A stretch of DNA of 48,808 nt from Halobacteriales archaeon SW_9_67_24 (GCA_003022685.1 PXSV01000087.1:1-48808); one strand, 5' to 3'. Counted from the first letter of the stretch, positions 31,606 through 42,324 are shown. Numbers and translations are program-made. Notes: generated from the letters alone by a model not told the origin.

Positions 31606-32220
31606 ATGGTACTGGCGTTCGGCCATTCGCTGGCGTTCGCCCCGAGTGCGATCCCGCTCCAGGCGGATCTCCTCCTCGACCAGCTTCCGCTGGTGTTGGT
31701 GGTCGCCGGGCTCGGGCTGATGGGGTTGGAGGCGCTCGCTCCCGGTGCGCACTTCGTGGTTCTGGGGGTGGCGCTGCTGGTCGCCGGGATGGTCGGAGTC
31801 GTTCTCGGACCGGTTCTCGGCCTCGGCGGCGTGATACTGGCGGCCGTCCTCGCCGGCGTCGTGATCGCCAGCGGTGCGGGAACTCTGTACGCCTATCGGA
31901 AGTTCGATTTCTACGGCGGGAAGCAGATGGGCCAGACGAGCGACTCGGACTCGCTCCGGGGGAAGTCGGGGCGGGTCACCGAACGCGTGACCCAGTCGGG
32001 CGGCCAGGTCAAACTCGACGGCGGCGGGTTCAACCCCTACTACGCCGCGCGCGCCCTCGACGGCGAGATCCCCGAGGGCGAGCGCGTGATGGTCACCGAT
32101 CCCGGCGGCGGCAACGTCGTGACCGTCGAGGCGCTCGGCGCGATCGAGGGCGACATCGACCGCAAGCTCGCTCGCGGGCGCGAGGAAACCGACGACGAGC
32201 GCGAGCGCGAAACCGCCTGA
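31606..32220 (+). CDS. NfeD family protein
   Basis: EALAPGAHFVVLG TMs, OB-like domain GRVTERV...YAAR...GERVMV; adjacent to an SPFH gene. Confidence 0.88.
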   Translation: MVLAFGHSLAFAPSAIPLQADLLLDQLPLVLVVAGLGLMGLEALAPGAHFVVLGVALLVAGMVGVVLGPVLGLGGVILAAVLAGVVIASGAGTLYAYRKFDFYGGKQMGQTSDSDSLRGKSGRVTERVTQSGGQVKLDGGGFNPYYAARALDGEIPEGERVMVTDPGGGNVVTVEALGAIEGDIDRKLARGREETDDERERETA

Positions 32221-32370
32221 TAGGGATTGGTGTGACTGTTTCCCGGTAACTGCCGACACCGTGTCGGCGGCATACCGAAGCGACTCACAAGGATCCCTAC
32301 GAGTCGGCGACGCCGATTTTCCCTTCCGTCGACCGAACCCTTATGTTCCCGTCTTCCTAAGTCCGACTGG

Positions 32371-33573
32371 ATGACACTCGTTCCGCTTCAGGTGCTCACG
32401 TTCGCCCCGGCGCTCGTGGTACTGCTGGTGTTGGCGGTCGCGATCATCACCGTCTACAGTTCGGTGGAGATCGTCAACGCCTACGAGAAACGGGCGCTCA
32501 CGGTGCTCGGCGACTACCGGAAGCTCCTCGAACCCGGGATCAACTTCGTCCCGCCGTTCGTCAACAACACCTACCCGTTCGACATGCGGACCCAGACCTT
32601 GGACGTCCCGCGTCAGGAGGCGATCACGCGCGACAACTCGCCCGTGACCGCCGACGCAGTCGTCTACATCAAGGTGATGGACGCGAAGAAGGCCTTTCTG
32701 GAGGTCGAAGACTACAAGCGCGCGGTCTCGAACCTCGCCCAGACCACCCTCCGGGCGGTGCTCGGCGACCTCGACCTCGACGACACGCTGAGCAAGCGCT
32801 CGGAGATCAACGCCCGCATCCGGAAGGAACTCGACGAGCCGACCGACGAGTGGGGGATCCGGGTCGAGTCGGTTGAAGTCCGCGAAGTCAACCCCTCGGC
32901 GGACGTCCAGCAGGCGATGGAACAGCAGACCTCCGCCGAGCGGAGCCGGCGCGCGATGATCCTCGAAGCCCAGGGGGAACGCCGGAGCGCGGTCGAGAGT
33001 GCCGAGGGTCAGAAGCAATCGAACATCATCAAAGCGCAGGGTGAAAAGCAGAGCCAGATCCTCGAAGCCCAGGGTGATGCGGTTTCCACAGTCTTGCGCG
33101 CGAAGTCCTCGGAATCGATGGGCGAGCGCGCGGTGATCGAGCGCGGAATGGAAACCTTAGAATCGATCGGCGAGGGCGAGTCGACGACGTTCGTCCTGCC
33201 CCAGGAACTCTCCTCGATGCTCGGGCGGTACGGCAAACACCTCACGGGCAGCGACGTTCGCGAGGACGGCCACGACCTCGAGAGCCGCGACTTCGACGAC
33301 GAGACCCGCGAGCTGATCGGGCTCGACGACATCGACGAGATCCTCGGCGAGATCAGCGAGGACGCCGAACTCGATGTCGAGGAGATGGAACAGGAGGCGG
33401 CGGCGATCAAGACCGGGGAGGCGACCGGCGAGATCCAAGACCCCGACGAGGTCATCGCGGAGATGAACAATCCGGGCGACAGCACGACGGGCGAGGGAGG
33501 CAGTACGGAACCCTCCGGAACAACGGAGACGGGCGATACCGGGGAGAGCGAGGCCGAACCGGAAGCCAACTGA
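32371..33573 (+). CDS. SPFH/stomatin (band 7) protein
   Basis: N-terminal TM, LEPGINFVPPF, QEAITRDN, LAQTTLRAVLG, WGIRVESVEV and AERSRRAMILEAQG. Confidence 0.95.
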   Translation: MTLVPLQVLTFAPALVVLLVLAVAIITVYSSVEIVNAYEKRALTVLGDYRKLLEPGINFVPPFVNNTYPFDMRTQTLDVPRQEAITRDNSPVTADAVVYIKVMDAKKAFLEVEDYKRAVSNLAQTTLRAVLGDLDLDDTLSKRSEINARIRKELDEPTDEWGIRVESVEVREVNPSADVQQAMEQQTSAERSRRAMILEAQGERRSAVESAEGQKQSNIIKAQGEKQSQILEAQGDAVSTVLRAKSSESMGERAVIERGMETLESIGEGESTTFVLPQELSSMLGRYGKHLTGSDVREDGHDLESRDFDDETRELIGLDDIDEILGEISEDAELDVEEMEQEAAAIKTGEATGEIQDPDEVIAEMNNPGDSTTGEGGSTEPSGTTETGDTGESEAEPEAN

Positions 33574-33668
33574 CCGGCGAGGCCCCGTCGTCCGACTCCG
33601 GTCGCCTCGGTCGGTGTCGCGGTGGCACGGTCGAAGAGGTTTTAGGTAGCTTCCACCAACGGGAATCA

Positions 33669-34268
33669 ATGGGCGAGCGCGAGGTCGACGAACGGAAGCG
33701 ATCCACGCTCCGGCGCTTCGCCGCGCTCGGAGCGGTCGGCCCGTTCACCCACCTCGCAACCGACGACGACAGCGACGCCCGGGGCGGGATCGCGGGCTAC
33801 CTCGCCGCGACGCCCGGCGCACACTTCTCGAAGCTCCGCGACGACCTCGACCTCGGCACCGGCGAGACCCAACACCATCTCCGCCGGCTCGAAAGCCGGG
33901 GCGTCGTCGAGAGTCGCGCCGACGACGATTACCGCCGGTTCTTCCCCGCGGGCGAGTTCGAGGAGTTCGAACAGGTCGCGCTCGGCTACCTCCGGCGCGA
34001 GACGCCGAGGGGAATGGTGCGCGCGCTGTTGGTCGATCCCGACGCGACCGCGAGCGACCTCGCGAGCGAACTCGGCGTTTCGCGACCCACGGTGAGCAAG
34101 CACGCCGCCGACCTCGAACGCGCGGGGCTGCTCTCGCGGGCCAACGGCTACGCGCTGGTCCGGCCGGAGCTACTCCTGACGCTGCTCGTGCGGTACGCCG
34201 ACTCCTTCGACGCCGCCACCGTGCAGTTCGCCGGGGAGGCCGACCGGCTCATCCGGCTCGATCGCTGA
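33669..34268 (+). CDS. double winged-helix transcriptional regulator
   Basis: PGAHFSKLRDDLDLGTGETQHHLRRL and ATASDLASELGVSRPTVSKHAADL. Confidence 0.85.
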   Translation: MGEREVDERKRSTLRRFAALGAVGPFTHLATDDDSDARGGIAGYLAATPGAHFSKLRDDLDLGTGETQHHLRRLESRGVVESRADDDYRRFFPAGEFEEFEQVALGYLRRETPRGMVRALLVDPDATASDLASELGVSRPTVSKHAADLERAGLLSRANGYALVRPELLLTLLVRYADSFDAATVQFAGEADRLIRLDR

Positions 34269-34298
34269 GAACGCCCGTTCGGTTCGATCGTCGGTTCG

Positions 34299-34823
34299 TC
34301 AGTCGTCGGCCGGAGCCCGCATTCCGGTCGTGTTGAGCACCAGCACGTTGTCGGTGTTGATCGTCCCGTCGATGTCGCCCTCGATCACGAGGTGGGATTT
34401 CGGCGTCGGGCCGACCATCACGGAGTCGCCGTCGTGGAACTCCCGGACGGAGCCCTGGAGATGCACCTCGGCCCGACACTTCTCGGGGTGGTGGACGCTG
34501 ATGAGGTCGATCTCCTGGACGTTCGCGTTCTCGACGCGGTCGCCGTTGTGAGTGAGCGGAACGGTTTCGGGCTCGTCCATCTCCTGGATGTCGAGCGCGC
34601 TGTAGGCGTTCGCCGTCGGCTTGTACCCGCCTTTCGGCCCCGGAACGCCCTCGACGAGCTGGAGCGCTTTGAGGCTCTGCATCTGGTTGCGGATCGTTCC
34701 CGGATTGCGGTCGACCATCTCCGCGATCGACTCGCCCTTGACCGCGCTCTCGCTCTCGCGATAGAGATCGACCAGCTCCTGCAGGATCTTCTTCTGACTG
34801 TCAGTGAGTTCGATAGATGACAT
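34299..34823 (-). CDS. HTH transcriptional regulator (COG2524-type N-terminal HTH, no CBS pair)
   Basis: MSSIELT...AVKGESIAEMVDRNPGTIRNQMQSLKALQLVEGVPGPKGGYKPT. Confidence 0.85.
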   Translation of the reverse strand: MSSIELTDSQKKILQELVDLYRESESAVKGESIAEMVDRNPGTIRNQMQSLKALQLVEGVPGPKGGYKPTANAYSALDIQEMDEPETVPLTHNGDRVENANVQEIDLISVHHPEKCRAEVHLQGSVREFHDGDSVMVGPTPKSHLVIEGDIDGTINTDNVLVLNTTGMRAPADD

Positions 34824-34949
34824 ATGTGCGCTTTCGTGACACTCACACTTAAACCCGGTGGGTGTTCGTGCCCCGTTCAGTGGTTCCGGTGTCGCCGGCG
34901 TCGACGGCGTTCCGACAGAGACTTGCCGATCGGCACGCCCCGTCGAACC

Positions 34950-35867
34950 ATGCAGGGCCAGCGCGTGCTCGTCACCGGCGGTGCGGGGTTCATCGGGTCG
35001 AACCTCGCGAACCACCTCGCCCGAACGAACGACGTGATCGCGCTCGACGACGGCTACCTCGGCACGCCCGACAACCTCGGCGAGGGAGTGGAGTACGTCG
35101 AGGCAAGCGTGCTCGACGAGGACCTCCCGAGCGACGTCGACGTGCTCTTTCACCTCGCGGCGCTTTCCTCCCAGAAGATGCACGAGGAAGAGCCCCAGCG
35201 CGGCGCGCGGGTCAACGTCGAGGGGTTCGTGAACACCGTCGAGCAGGCCCGCCGCGACGGGTGTGACACCGTGGTCTACGCCTCGACGTCTTCGATCTAC
35301 GGCGATCGAACCGAACCCTCGCCCGAGGACATGCCGATCGAGGCGGGGTCTGGCTACGAGGCCTCGAAACTCGCGCGCGAGCGTTACGCCGAGTACTTCG
35401 CCAACCGCTACGACGTGGCGGCCGCCGGAATGCGCTTTTTCTCGGTATACCAGGGCTACGGCGGCTCCGAAGAGCACAAAGGCGAGTTCGCCAACATCAT
35501 CGCGCAGTTCGCCGACGACCTCGCCAACGGTCGTCCACCAGTCATCTACGGCGACGGCACCCATACCCGCGATTTCACCCATGTCTCGGACATCGTTCGG
35601 GGGCTCGAACTCGCCGCCGACAACCGGCTGACGGGGATCTACAACCTCGGGACCGGAAAGAGCTACTCCGCGAACACGGTCGTCGCGATGCTGAACGACG
35701 AGCTCGGCACCGACATCGAACCGGAACACGTCGCAAACCCGATCGACGAGGACATGTTTGTCCACGACACGATGGCCGACGCCACGAAGATGCACGAAGC
35801 CACTGGCTGGGAGCCCGCAATCGACTTCGAGAACGGGATCCGGCGGGTCTGCGCGCAGTACCAGTAG
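34950..35867 (+). CDS. NAD-dependent epimerase/dehydratase (extended SDR)
   Basis: VTGGAGFIG, HLAA, ASTSSIYG, YEASK and GDGTHTRDF. Confidence 0.93.
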   Translation: MQGQRVLVTGGAGFIGSNLANHLARTNDVIALDDGYLGTPDNLGEGVEYVEASVLDEDLPSDVDVLFHLAALSSQKMHEEEPQRGARVNVEGFVNTVEQARRDGCDTVVYASTSSIYGDRTEPSPEDMPIEAGSGYEASKLARERYAEYFANRYDVAAAGMRFFSVYQGYGGSEEHKGEFANIIAQFADDLANGRPPVIYGDGTHTRDFTHVSDIVRGLELAADNRLTGIYNLGTGKSYSANTVVAMLNDELGTDIEPEHVANPIDEDMFVHDTMADATKMHEATGWEPAIDFENGIRRVCAQYQ

Positions 35868-35931
35868 CCACGGCCCCAGTCGCCGCAGTCATCTCACCTG
35901 ATTTTTGTTCCCCCGTCGCCGAGATTCCGCC

Positions 35932-36843
35932 ATGACGATCAGTACGATCGGCGTCCCGATGGATCTCGGTGCCGACCGACGGGGCGTCGACATGGGTCCC
36001 TCGGCGATCCGGTACGCCGACCTCGCGTCGACGCTCGGGAGTATCGGCCGCTCGTGTGTCGATGCGGGCGATCTGCCGGTTCCCCACGCCGAGGAGCGTG
36101 ACCCCGATGCACGGTCGACGGGGCCCGACGCGAAGTACCTCGACGAGGTCGAGTCGGTCTGTACCAGGCTCGCCGACGAGGTCGCCGACGCGCTCGACGG
36201 CGGTGCGCTCCCGTTGGTTCTGGGGGGCGACCACTCGATCGCCATCGGCACGCTCTCGGGGGCGTCCCGCGACCGGGAGATCGGCGCAGTCTGGTTCGAC
36301 GCCCACAGCGACGTCAACACGCCCGAAACCACACCTTCGGGCAACGTTCACGGGATGCCGCTCGCGGCCGCGCTCGGGATGGGGAGCTTCGCCGACACGC
36401 CGTGGGCGAACGCGCCAGGCCTCCGCGAGGAGAACGTCGCGCTCGTCGGGCTCCGAAGCGTCGACGACCCCGAGCGCGAGCGCATCCGCGACAGCGAAAT
36501 CACTGCGTACACGATGTCCGACATCGACCAGCGCGGGGTCGTCGACGTCACTGAAGAAGCACTCGACACCGCCACCGACAGCGTCGATGGGGTTCACGTG
36601 AGCCTCGACCTCGACTGGCTCGATCCCTCCCATGCGCCAGGCGTCGGCACGCCCGTCCGGGGCGGTGTCACCTACCGCGAGGCCCACTCCGCCCTCGAAA
36701 CCGTCGCCACTCGCGACGCTCGTGAAGATGTCCTCCGCTCGCTCGAACTCGTCGAGGCGAACCCGATCCTTGACTCGCACAACGAGACCGCCGAACTCGG
36801 CGTCGAACTCGCCGCGAGCGCGCTGGGCAAGCGCGTGCTCTGA
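35932..36843 (+). CDS. rocF: arginase
   Basis: GVDMGPSAIR, GGDHS, DAHSD, SGNVHGMP and SLDLDWLDP...PGVGTPV. Confidence 0.95.
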   Translation: MTISTIGVPMDLGADRRGVDMGPSAIRYADLASTLGSIGRSCVDAGDLPVPHAEERDPDARSTGPDAKYLDEVESVCTRLADEVADALDGGALPLVLGGDHSIAIGTLSGASRDREIGAVWFDAHSDVNTPETTPSGNVHGMPLAAALGMGSFADTPWANAPGLREENVALVGLRSVDDPERERIRDSEITAYTMSDIDQRGVVDVTEEALDTATDSVDGVHVSLDLDWLDPSHAPGVGTPVRGGVTYREAHSALETVATRDAREDVLRSLELVEANPILDSHNETAELGVELAASALGKRVL

Positions 36844-36854
36844 AACCCACTTTC

Positions 36855-37170
36855 TTACTGTGGGATAGGCGACCGAGCGTAGCGAGGGAGCCCGGCCCCC
36901 GCAGTAAAACCTGTTCTGTCGAGCGGAGTCGTTCGAAACGGCGAAACCGTCTCGTGGTACGAGAGAGCTTTAGTACCTAAGCGAAGTTTTGCAAGTTAAC
37001 TCAGTACTCTCGATACCAGCTCAGATTCTAGGCGAAGCATTTGGCCAAATCGCGGTAGAACTGCTAGCCTCTCTCCGCGACCGCACAGCACCGCCGAAGC
37101 CCTCGGCGCGCTCCGCGCGCCTCGCCCTTCATCCGCCAGGTCCGCACCCCACCGCAGACCGCACTGCACG
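36855..37170. repeat. mosaic of intergenic hairpin elements
   Basis: TTACTGTGGG/CCCGCAGTAA (36855-36907); CGAAACGG/CCGTCTCG (36934-36954); minus-strand TGAAGGGCGA-GGCGCGC-GGA-GCGCGCC-GAGGGCTTC (~37096-37131) flanked by CCGCA microrepeats. Confidence 0.6.
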
Positions 37171-37250
37171 CGGCGGTTGCTCTCGGCCACACCATCCGCG
37201 GCTCGCCAGCACGCCGGAACGCTTTCGACGGTCGGCAGTCGTGTTCGGTC

Positions 37251-38087
37251 ATGAGCAGCATCGACGAAAAGCGGGTTCACGGGCCGAACGCCGACCCGGT
37301 GGCGCTGTTCGTCGCGAGCGAGACCGGCCTCGCGCGCGTCACAGCGGTCGGCGCGCGGATCGGCGAGATCGAACTCGTCGACCGCGACGCGGTGCACGAC
37401 CTCGCGCTCCACGACGGCCGGATCGCGGCCGCGACCGAGGAGGACGTGTTCCTCGGAATCGGCGCGGACGCCGAACCGACCGGCTTCGGCGCAGCGACGG
37501 CGATCGGTTCCGACGGAACGCTCCTCGCTGCCGCCCCCGATGGAACCGTTGCGCGCCGCCGCGACGGCGAGTGGACGGATGTCGGCACCATCGAAGGACC
37601 GCGAGCCATCGACGGCGATCTCGTTGCGGCCGCCAATGGGGTGTACCGCTGTTCGGACACCGACTGCCAGCACGTCGGACTCGACGCCGCCGCCGACATC
37701 GCCGCCGCGGGCACGCCCCACGCCGCGACCGCCGACGGGCTCTACCAACTCGGCAACGGCTGGCTCCAAGCCGTTGAGGGGTCGTTTGCGATGGTGAGCG
37801 CGGATCGGTCGACGGCCGACCCAGGCGCGCTCGGTCGCGCCCACGCCGCGACCGACGGGGCGCTGTATGGTCACGCTGACGGCGGGTGGACGACGATCGA
37901 CGGCGTACAGAAGCGGGTCGTCGATGTCACGTACACCGGAACAAGAGCCGAAGCCGCAGGTGGCGTCTACGCCGTCACGGCCGGCGGAACGTTGCTCTCG
38001 CAAAGCGACGGTGGGTGGCGCGATCATCCACTCGGGCTGCGGAGCGTCCGGGCGATCGTCGCACGGCCGGATCGAAACTCGGTTTAG
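37251..38087 (+). CDS. haloarchaeal beta-propeller-like protein (HVO_0234-like)
   Basis: MSSIDEKRV start, repeated AATxDGxY blades and C-terminal WRDHPLGL. Confidence 0.75.
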   Translation: MSSIDEKRVHGPNADPVALFVASETGLARVTAVGARIGEIELVDRDAVHDLALHDGRIAAATEEDVFLGIGADAEPTGFGAATAIGSDGTLLAAAPDGTVARRRDGEWTDVGTIEGPRAIDGDLVAAANGVYRCSDTDCQHVGLDAAADIAAAGTPHAATADGLYQLGNGWLQAVEGSFAMVSADRSTADPGALGRAHAATDGALYGHADGGWTTIDGVQKRVVDVTYTGTRAEAAGGVYAVTAGGTLLSQSDGGWRDHPLGLRSVRAIVARPDRNSV

Positions 38088-38108
38088 GTGGCCCGCGAAC
38101 ACACGCGC

Positions 38109-38960
38109 ATGATCGTCAGCGCCTCGACGTCGCAGTCGCTCGCGAGTTCGCTCGCCGCCGCGCTCGACGAGCCGCTTGCGGCCACCGAGTACGAACGCTT
38201 TCCCGACGGCGAGCTCCGCGCTTCGGTGCCCGAGTTCGACGCCGACCGCGCAGTGGTGGTGTGTGCGACCACGACGAGCGATGCCCACCTCGAAGCCCTC
38301 CAGCTCCAGGACGCAGTCCGCGAGGCGGGCGCGAACGAGGTCGTCACCGTCCTCCCCTACATGGGCTACGCCCGCCAGGACTCCGCGTTCGAATCGGGCC
38401 AACCCGTCTCCGCGCGCGCGGTCGCCCGCGCCCTGAGCACGGGCACCGACCGCGTACTCACCGTGAACCCGCACGAGACGGGCGTCTGCGACTTTTTCGA
38501 CGTTCCCTGTACCGTTGTCGACGCCGCCGGTCGGCTCGCGGCTCCCCTGCCGGATCTCGACGATCCCGTCTTTCTCGCGCCCGACGCCGGGGCGCGCGAA
38601 CTCGCGACGACCGTCCGTGACGCCTACGGAGTGGGATCGGTCGATCATTTCGAGAAGACCCGCCACAGCGCCACCGAGGTCGAGATCGAACCCCACGCGG
38701 CCGACGTCGCCGGCCGGGACGCGGTGCTCGTCGACGACATCGTGGCCACCGGCTCGACGATGGCGACCGCCGTCTCGCACCTCCGCGAGCGCGACGCCGC
38801 CCGCGCGTTCGTCACCTGCGTCCATCCCGTTCTCGCGGACACGGCTCGAACTCGTCTCGCCCGCGCGGGCGTCGAAGCCGTCCACGGCACCGACACGATC
38901 GAACGCGCCGAGAGCACCGTGAGCGTCGCGCCCGCGATCGCCGACGCGCTTGCGGAATAG
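38109..38960 (+). CDS. prs: ribose-phosphate diphosphokinase
   Basis: RFPDGE, PYMGYARQD, APDAGA and LVDDIVATGST. Confidence 0.95.
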   Translation: MIVSASTSQSLASSLAAALDEPLAATEYERFPDGELRASVPEFDADRAVVVCATTTSDAHLEALQLQDAVREAGANEVVTVLPYMGYARQDSAFESGQPVSARAVARALSTGTDRVLTVNPHETGVCDFFDVPCTVVDAAGRLAAPLPDLDDPVFLAPDAGARELATTVRDAYGVGSVDHFEKTRHSATEVEIEPHAADVAGRDAVLVDDIVATGSTMATAVSHLRERDAARAFVTCVHPVLADTARTRLARAGVEAVHGTDTIERAESTVSVAPAIADALAE

Positions 38961-38966
38961 TCCGCT

Positions 38967-41900
38967 CTACGCCCGTGCGCTGGCGAGCGGCTCGACCGCG
39001 ATCTCCACCGTGGTGTCTTCGACCGTCCACTCGCGGCGGTGGCCGTCCTCGACCGCCCCGAACTCGTCGGCACGGACCTCCTCGGCGATCAGGGCCTCGT
39101 GTTCGCGGACGAGATCGCCGATCCGGTCGTCGGCGACGGCGAACTCGACGCGGACCCGTTCTTCGAGATCGAGATCGAGTTCCTTGCGCATCTCCTGGAT
39201 TCGGCGGATGACGTCCCGAGCGTACCCCTCGCTCTCGATGTCCTCGGTGAGCGCGGTGTCGACGTAGACCGTGCCGCCGCCCTCGGTGTCGAACCCGGCT
39301 GCGGCGACCGTCTCGGGCGCTTCGGTCACGATCGCCACCATCTCCTCGGTGAGATCGACCGACTCGCCCGTTCGCTCTGCGACGGCGGTTTCGAGCGCCG
39401 CGAGCGTCGGTTCCTCGACACGGGCCTCGTTGAGCGCGGTCATCACTTCCCCCGCACGATCGCCGAACGCGGGGCCGAGCACGCTCATGTCGGCCTCGGC
39501 ACTGTATGTGAGTTCGTCCCATCGGTCGTCGGGACCGATCAGCTCGACCCGGCGGGCGTTCAGCCGGTCGGCGACGAGATCACGCTGGTCGTCGACCGCG
39601 CTCGCGACCGCCCCGCTCCCGGCGTCGACGACGACCCGCGTGACGGGCCACCGGAGCTTGCGTTCGGCCTGTTGGCGAGCGGCCGACCCTGCCTCCTCAA
39701 CCCCGCGCGCGACCGCCACCGCCTGCTCGAGATCGGGATTGCGGAGCGCTTCGTCGGGCTCGGGCCAGTCGCACATGTGGACGGTGTCGAAGCCCCTATC
39801 CCCGGTGAGCGTGCCGTAGATCTCCTCGGCGACGAACGGCGCATAGGGCGCGAGCAGCGCGACGACTTCCTCCAGAACGCGGTAGAACGTGGCGTACGCC
39901 GCGCGCTTCGAGTCGCTGTCCGACTCCTCCCACATCCGCTCGCGGACGCCCTGGACATAAAAGCGCGAGACGTCCTCGACGACGAAATCGAGCAGGGCGT
40001 CGAGCGCGCGATCCTGGCGGAAGTCGTCCCACGCGTCGGCCATCCCGCTTTCGACGGTCTGGAGTCGCGAGAGCACCCATCGGTCCTCGCGTTCGAGGGC
40101 GTCCTCGACAGCAGCCAAAGTCGTCTCCTGAGGATCGAAGCCGTCGAGGCGCATATAGGGGAGCGGGAACCGGAAGACGTTCCAGAGGATGTTGAGCGTG
40201 CGTTCCATCTCCTCGGTTTCGTCCCACGAGAACCGCATGTCGTCGCCTTGCGGGGTGACCGACAGCAGGAACAGCCGCATCGCGTCGGCCCCGTGGCGCT
40301 CGACGATCTCGCCAGGCTCGATCGTGATTCCCTTCGATTTCGACATCCCCCGCCCGTCGGGCATGTTGGCGTAGCCGTGCATCAACACCTCGTCGTACGG
40401 GATCTCACCGAGTGCTGCCGTTCCCATCCCGAGCTGTGACCAGAACCACCCGCGAGTCTGGTCGTGGGCCTCCATGATGAGGTCAGCGGGCCAGAGTTCC
40501 TCGAAGGCCTCCTCCTCGCTCGGATAGTCGAGCGTGCCCCATGACGCCACCGACGAGTCGAGCCAGACGTCGAACACGTCCGGAACCCGAGTGTAGGTGA
40601 CCCCGTCTTCGGTGATGGTCAGGTCGTCCACGGTGGGCCGGTGGAGGTCGACCGCTGCGGGATCGACGTCCTGGTCCGCGCGCTCGGCGAGCTCCTCGCG
40701 GGTCCCGACGACGATCATCTCGCTTTCGTCGTCGGTCACTCCGTTCTCCGAGCGGTCCTCGTCGTCCTCGGGCGTCCAGATCGGGACGGGGATGCCCCAG
40801 TAGCGCTGGCGGGAGACGTTCCAGTCGGGCGAGTCCTCCACGAAGTTCCGGAAGCGCTCGTCGCGCGCCTCCGGGGGGTGCCACTCGCTGTCCTCGATGC
40901 TGGCGAGCAGTTCCTCTTTGATGTCGGTGACCGTGATGAACCACTGGTCGGTGGCGAGAAACACGATGTCCGTGTCACACCGCCAACACTGGCCGTAGTC
41001 GTGGACGTAGGTCTCGCTTGCGAGCAGGTGTCCGTTCGCGTCGAGATCGGCGATGATCCCGTCGTTGGCGTCGCGGACGAACTCCCCGGCATACTCCCCC
41101 GCCGCCTCAGTGTAGACCCCGTCGCCACCCACGGGACAGAACACGTCGAGGCCGAGTTCCTGCCCTCGCTCGAAGTCCTCCTGGCCGTGGCCGGGCGCGG
41201 AGTGAACCAATCCTGTCCGATCGACCTCGACGTAGTCGGCGTGGTACACCTGCCCCGCACCGTCGCCGTTGGGGTGGTTGGGCACCTCCTCGGCCAGCGG
41301 ATGATCGTACTCCCAGCCGAGCATCTGGCTTCCCGCGAACTCGTCGAGCACCTCGTAGTCCTCGTACCGGCCCTTCTGCAGGACTTCCTCGACGACATCG
41401 GCCGCGAGATAGAGCACGTCGCTCTCGTCGTCTCTCTCGGCCCGAACTTGTTGGTAGGTTACGTTCTCGTCGACCGCGACGAAGGCGTTCGCGGGAACCG
41501 TCCATGGGGTGGTCGTCCACGCGACCAGGCTGCCCTCCTGTTCGGCGAGCGGGAATTTGACGTAGATCGAGGGGTCCTCGACCTCGTGGTACTCGACCTC
41601 GTTTTTGGCGATCGCGGTCTCACACCGGGGACACTGCGTTATCGAGCGCTTGCCCCGCTCGACGAGACCCCGCTCTGCGGCCCGGGCGAACCCCCACCAC
41701 GCCGCCTCCATGTACTCCGGCGAGACGGTTTTGTAGGGGTTCTCCCAGTCCATCCAGACGCCGAAGGACTCGAAGTCCGCCTGCAACCCGTCGAGTTGCT
41801 CCTCGGCGTACTCCTTGCACTCCTCGATGAACGGCTCCATCCCGAACGCCTCGATGTCCTTCTTGTTCTCGAAGCCGAGGTTCTCCTCGACCTTCGTCTC

Positions 41901-42182
41901 GATCGGGAGCCCGTGCATGTCGAACCCGGGACGGTCGGTCACGTCGTAGCCCTGCATTCGGTGATACCGGATATAGGCGTCCTTGAGGGTCTTGTTCCAC
42001 GTCGTGCCGAGGTGAGCTGCACCCGAAGTGTAGGGGGGACCGTCGACGAAGAAGAACGGTTCCTCGCCCGCACGATGCTTCTTGGCCTGGCGATAGGCGT
42101 CGGTCTCGTTCCAGTGATCGAACACCCGCTCCTCGACCGCGTCGGGATCGTACCGATCCGCGACGTCCTCGAACCTGCTCAT
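38967..42182 (-). CDS. ileS: isoleucine--tRNA ligase
   Basis: DGPPYTSGAAHLGT, GFDMHGLPIE, WTTTPWT, TGLVHSAPGHG, WNVSRQRYWG, DQTRGWF and GMSKS; start at ATG 42182. Confidence 0.97.
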   Translation of the reverse strand: MSRFEDVADRYDPDAVEERVFDHWNETDAYRQAKKHRAGEEPFFFVDGPPYTSGAAHLGTTWNKTLKDAYIRYHRMQGYDVTDRPGFDMHGLPIETKVEENLGFENKKDIEAFGMEPFIEECKEYAEEQLDGLQADFESFGVWMDWENPYKTVSPEYMEAAWWGFARAAERGLVERGKRSITQCPRCETAIAKNEVEYHEVEDPSIYVKFPLAEQEGSLVAWTTTPWTVPANAFVAVDENVTYQQVRAERDDESDVLYLAADVVEEVLQKGRYEDYEVLDEFAGSQMLGWEYDHPLAEEVPNHPNGDGAGQVYHADYVEVDRTGLVHSAPGHGQEDFERGQELGLDVFCPVGGDGVYTEAAGEYAGEFVRDANDGIIADLDANGHLLASETYVHDYGQCWRCDTDIVFLATDQWFITVTDIKEELLASIEDSEWHPPEARDERFRNFVEDSPDWNVSRQRYWGIPVPIWTPEDDEDRSENGVTDDESEMIVVGTREELAERADQDVDPAAVDLHRPTVDDLTITEDGVTYTRVPDVFDVWLDSSVASWGTLDYPSEEEAFEELWPADLIMEAHDQTRGWFWSQLGMGTAALGEIPYDEVLMHGYANMPDGRGMSKSKGITIEPGEIVERHGADAMRLFLLSVTPQGDDMRFSWDETEEMERTLNILWNVFRFPLPYMRLDGFDPQETTLAAVEDALEREDRWVLSRLQTVESGMADAWDDFRQDRALDALLDFVVEDVSRFYVQGVRERMWEESDSDSKRAAYATFYRVLEEVVALLAPYAPFVAEEIYGTLTGDRGFDTVHMCDWPEPDEALRNPDLEQAVAVARGVEEAGSAARQQAERKLRWPVTRVVVDAGSGAVASAVDDQRDLVADRLNARRVELIGPDDRWDELTYSAEADMSVLGPAFGDRAGEVMTALNEARVEEPTLAALETAVAERTGESVDLTEEMVAIVTEAPETVAAAGFDTEGGGTVYVDTALTEDIESEGYARDVIRRIQEMRKELDLDLEERVRVEFAVADDRIGDLVREHEALIAEEVRADEFGAVEDGHRREWTVEDTTVEIAVEPLASARA

Positions 42183-42324
42183 AGAAGTGCTATCCGCCTC
42201 GGGGACTAAAGCAACCTCGGTCCGGCAGACCGGCCAGCGGGACCGCCACGGAACGTGCCACGATCGGAAGCACGTCCGACCGAGTGTAGTCAGACTCAAG
42301 CCTGCACCGGCTAAACGCTCGATC

